From Dehalococcoidia bacterium (lineage in GTDB: Bacteria > Chloroflexota > Dehalococcoidia > Plut-88900), in assembly GCA_965249275.1 (NCBI GenBank), contig CBDFLQ010000007.1, forward strand, positions 288,001-352,000: a DNA stretch of 64,000 nucleotides, in the 5' to 3' direction. Shown piece by piece: positions 61,425 through 64,000 of this stretch; within the stretch, counting starts at the first letter, position 1; the number at the start of each line of letters is the position of its first letter. The position numbers and the translations under genes are program-made. The notes beneath the pieces were generated by a model, which was not told the DNA's origin, searched no databases, and saw nothing but the letters and a program-made list of their open reading frames with translations.

Positions 61425-62351
61425 TTATCCGGTGAGCTCAATCCCCGCACCCAGCCCAGCGTACATATACGTCATCGCCGGCACCTTGTACTCGCCCCAA
61501 CGGTCCGTAAAGGCCTCCACATCCTCAGGCGACACGGCACGGCCGTCCATGAATACATTGGAAATCGTCTTTAGCAGGTACAGGTCGGACGTCGGCAGCA
61601 CGTCGTTCCGGCCAAGAGAGTGGCAGAGAATTCGCTGCGCTGTCCACACCCCAATTCCCCTGTAAGCGACCATCGTCTCCGTCACCGACTCATTGCTCAT
61701 ATCCCATAGCAAGTCCAGGTCCAGCTCGCCGAGGGCCACGGCTTTTGCCAGGTTGTGGATATACTCCGACTTCCTCGCCGAAAGTTTACATGCCTTCAGT
61801 TCCTCGACACCCGCTTCCACGAACCTTTCGGGCGTCGGCGAAAGCCAATATTCCTCGCCGTTCACATTGACCCGCTCCCCGTACTTTTCAATCAGTCTCC
61901 GCTGCATGGTCAGGGCCACCTTCGTCGAAAGCTGCTGCCCGAGTATCGTCCCGACCAGCGCCTCGAACAGGTCCGGGTCCAGACCCGGCTTCAGCCCCCG
62001 GAACCTGTCGATTGTCTTACTCAGCCCTGTATCCTTCGCCGCCATCCCATAGAAGCCGCTGAGGTCGTACGCCGTATTCAGCCGCCATTCCACCTCCGAC
62101 ACCAGCGCACCCAGCGACTCTATTTCAAGCCCCTCTCCCTCCGCACGCACCTCCAGCCTGGGCTCCTCCACACTCCCCACCGATGTCACGGACACCAACG
62201 CGGGCCTTCCCCCGGCCCTGGTCATCCGGCGCCACACGTCGTCCTCAATGCGCTCCGTCCCCAGGCCTACGGCGTACCAGCTCGCGTGTCTAGCAGTCAG
62301 CCCGAAGTCGAAGGGCGGTACGGGATCGATATGGGCGGTTAGCAATTCCAA
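61425..62351 (-). CDS. AlkA-family HhH-GPD DNA glycosylase
   Basis: FEALVGTILGQQLS, RGIGVWTA, LPTSDL. Confidence 0.88.
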   Translation of the reverse strand: MELLTAHIDPVPPFDFGLTARHASWYAVGLGTERIEDDVWRRMTRAGGRPALVSVTSVGSVEEPRLEVRAEGEGLEIESLGALVSEVEWRLNTAYDLSGFYGMAAKDTGLSKTIDRFRGLKPGLDPDLFEALVGTILGQQLSTKVALTMQRRLIEKYGERVNVNGEEYWLSPTPERFVEAGVEELKACKLSARKSEYIHNLAKAVALGELDLDLLWDMSNESVTETMVAYRGIGVWTAQRILCHSLGRNDVLPTSDLYLLKTISNVFMDGRAVSPEDVEAFTDRWGEYKVPAMTYMYAGLGAGIELTG

Positions 62352-62413
62352 AACGCGGGCCAGTATAGCACTGCCCGTGTAGTTGCGGGCCTGGAGGGGG
62401 CGTGGCAACACTA

Positions 62414-62442
62414 TTGACACGCCGCGTATCAACTAATATAAT
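62414..62442 (+). promoter_or_regulatory. consensus sigma70 promoter of the heat-shock operon
   Basis: TTGACA-N17-TATAAT. Confidence 0.8.
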
Positions 62443-62491
62443 CCGTATAGCATTAAATGCCGTATCACATAGACAAGAAGGGGCGGTGCAA

Positions 62492-62839
62492 ATGAGACGA
62501 GAGGGCGTGTACGTCATGCGGGTCGCCTCCCGACTTTCCGGGATGCACCCCCAGACTCTGCGTAAATACGAACGGTTCGGGCTGCTAGCCCCCACGAGAA
62601 TCGGGGCCCTGCGCATGTACTCCGATGCCGACATCGCCCTGCTAAAGATGATAAAGTATTTGATTGGAAATCTGGGACTCAATCTTGCAGGAGTGGAATT
62701 GGCAATGGCGATGAGATCGGGCTTGAAAGCGCTGCAGCGGCAGGCCGAAGACCTGCCCGGCGATTCGCCTTCGAGACACAACATGGGCCGCACCATCGAG
62801 CAGATGCTCCGCATAATCGAAGCCCCGGATGCACGGTGA
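62492..62839 (+). CDS. hspR: HspR-type MerR family regulator
   Basis: GMHPQTLRKYERFGLLAPTR, YSDADI, GLNLAGV; heads grpE-dnaK. Confidence 0.85.
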   Translation: MRREGVYVMRVASRLSGMHPQTLRKYERFGLLAPTRIGALRMYSDADIALLKMIKYLIGNLGLNLAGVELAMAMRSGLKALQRQAEDLPGDSPSRHNMGRTIEQMLRIIEAPDAR

Positions 62840-63398
62840 CAAAATGTCATTAGACGACGATTTTAGCCAGTTCATAAAAGGCCCCGCCGGCTCCGAGTCA
62901 GGCCTCAGCGCCCGGCTCGAAGAGCTCGAGCAGGAAGTCAACCGCTTGCGGGAAGCGCTTAATCGCAACCGCGCTGAGCACCTGAACTATAAGCGCCGTA
63001 TGGAGGAAGCCGAGACCCACCGCACTGCACAGGCAGCCGCCCTGCTCACATCCAGTTTGCTGCCGGTCCTCGACGATCTGGACCGAGCCGCGGGAGCCGG
63101 CCCGGCCACGGGTCGGGTCAGTGTTGTAAGTGCGCAGGAAAGGGTCTGGAAAGAAGGAATGGAACTGATCCGGGAAAAGCTGATGGCCATTCTGGAGAAA
63201 GAGGGTCTTCGCAAGGTCAAGGCAATGGGCGAACCCTTCAATCCCGTCCTGCACGAAGCCGTCGCCCCCCACCCCACCCATACCATACCGGAAGACACCA
63301 TTGTCGCCGTTCAGCAGCACGGATATACACTCAACGGTACGCTCCTCAGACCCGCCAAAGTTACGGTCGCCCGCAGACCGGAGCGCCCTCGATATTAG
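62829..63398 (+). CDS. grpE: nucleotide exchange factor GrpE
   Basis: NYKRR, LLPVLDDLDRA, FNPVLHEA, GYTLNGTLLRPAKV. Confidence 0.93.
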   Translation: MHGDKMSLDDDFSQFIKGPAGSESGLSARLEELEQEVNRLREALNRNRAEHLNYKRRMEEAETHRTAQAAALLTSSLLPVLDDLDRAAGAGPATGRVSVVSAQERVWKEGMELIREKLMAILEKEGLRKVKAMGEPFNPVLHEAVAPHPTHTIPEDTIVAVQQHGYTLNGTLLRPAKVTVARRPERPRY

Positions 63399-63407
63399 AA
63401 TTTATAA

Positions 63408-64000
<593 letters not shown>

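Overview
A 64-kb chromosomal segment of a GC-rich bacterium. Gene content suggests Chloroflexota, Dehalococcoidia/SAR202-like (inference). It opens with a hydrolase/CoA-transferase catabolic cluster and an mshA/mshB/mshD-like thiol cluster. Housekeeping blocks follow: folE-thrC-hom, rpsF-ssb-rpsR, glyA, comF, otsA/otsB, mfd, tilS, pncAB, purFMH, dgt-dnaG-rpoD, lysA-holB, ffh and hspR-grpE-dnaK. Accessory inserts are an AT-rich fic + PLD-nuclease islet, a RecQ-PRTase + DprA-like operon, a lipoprotein flanked by a duplication scar, and an IS481 inserted into a repeat-containing gene. The most striking unexplained structure is four exactly spaced 66-bp degenerate units, each made of two inverted-repeat pairs, bracketing the fic gene. 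A second array of similar design but different sequence lies at the window start. Other notable points: apparent ATC/ATA start codons (tilS, mshD-like, comF), two near-identical LexA-box promoters, and a structured glyA leader. No tRNA, rRNA or CRISPR array was seen. All calls come from reading motifs by eye; no database search was run.
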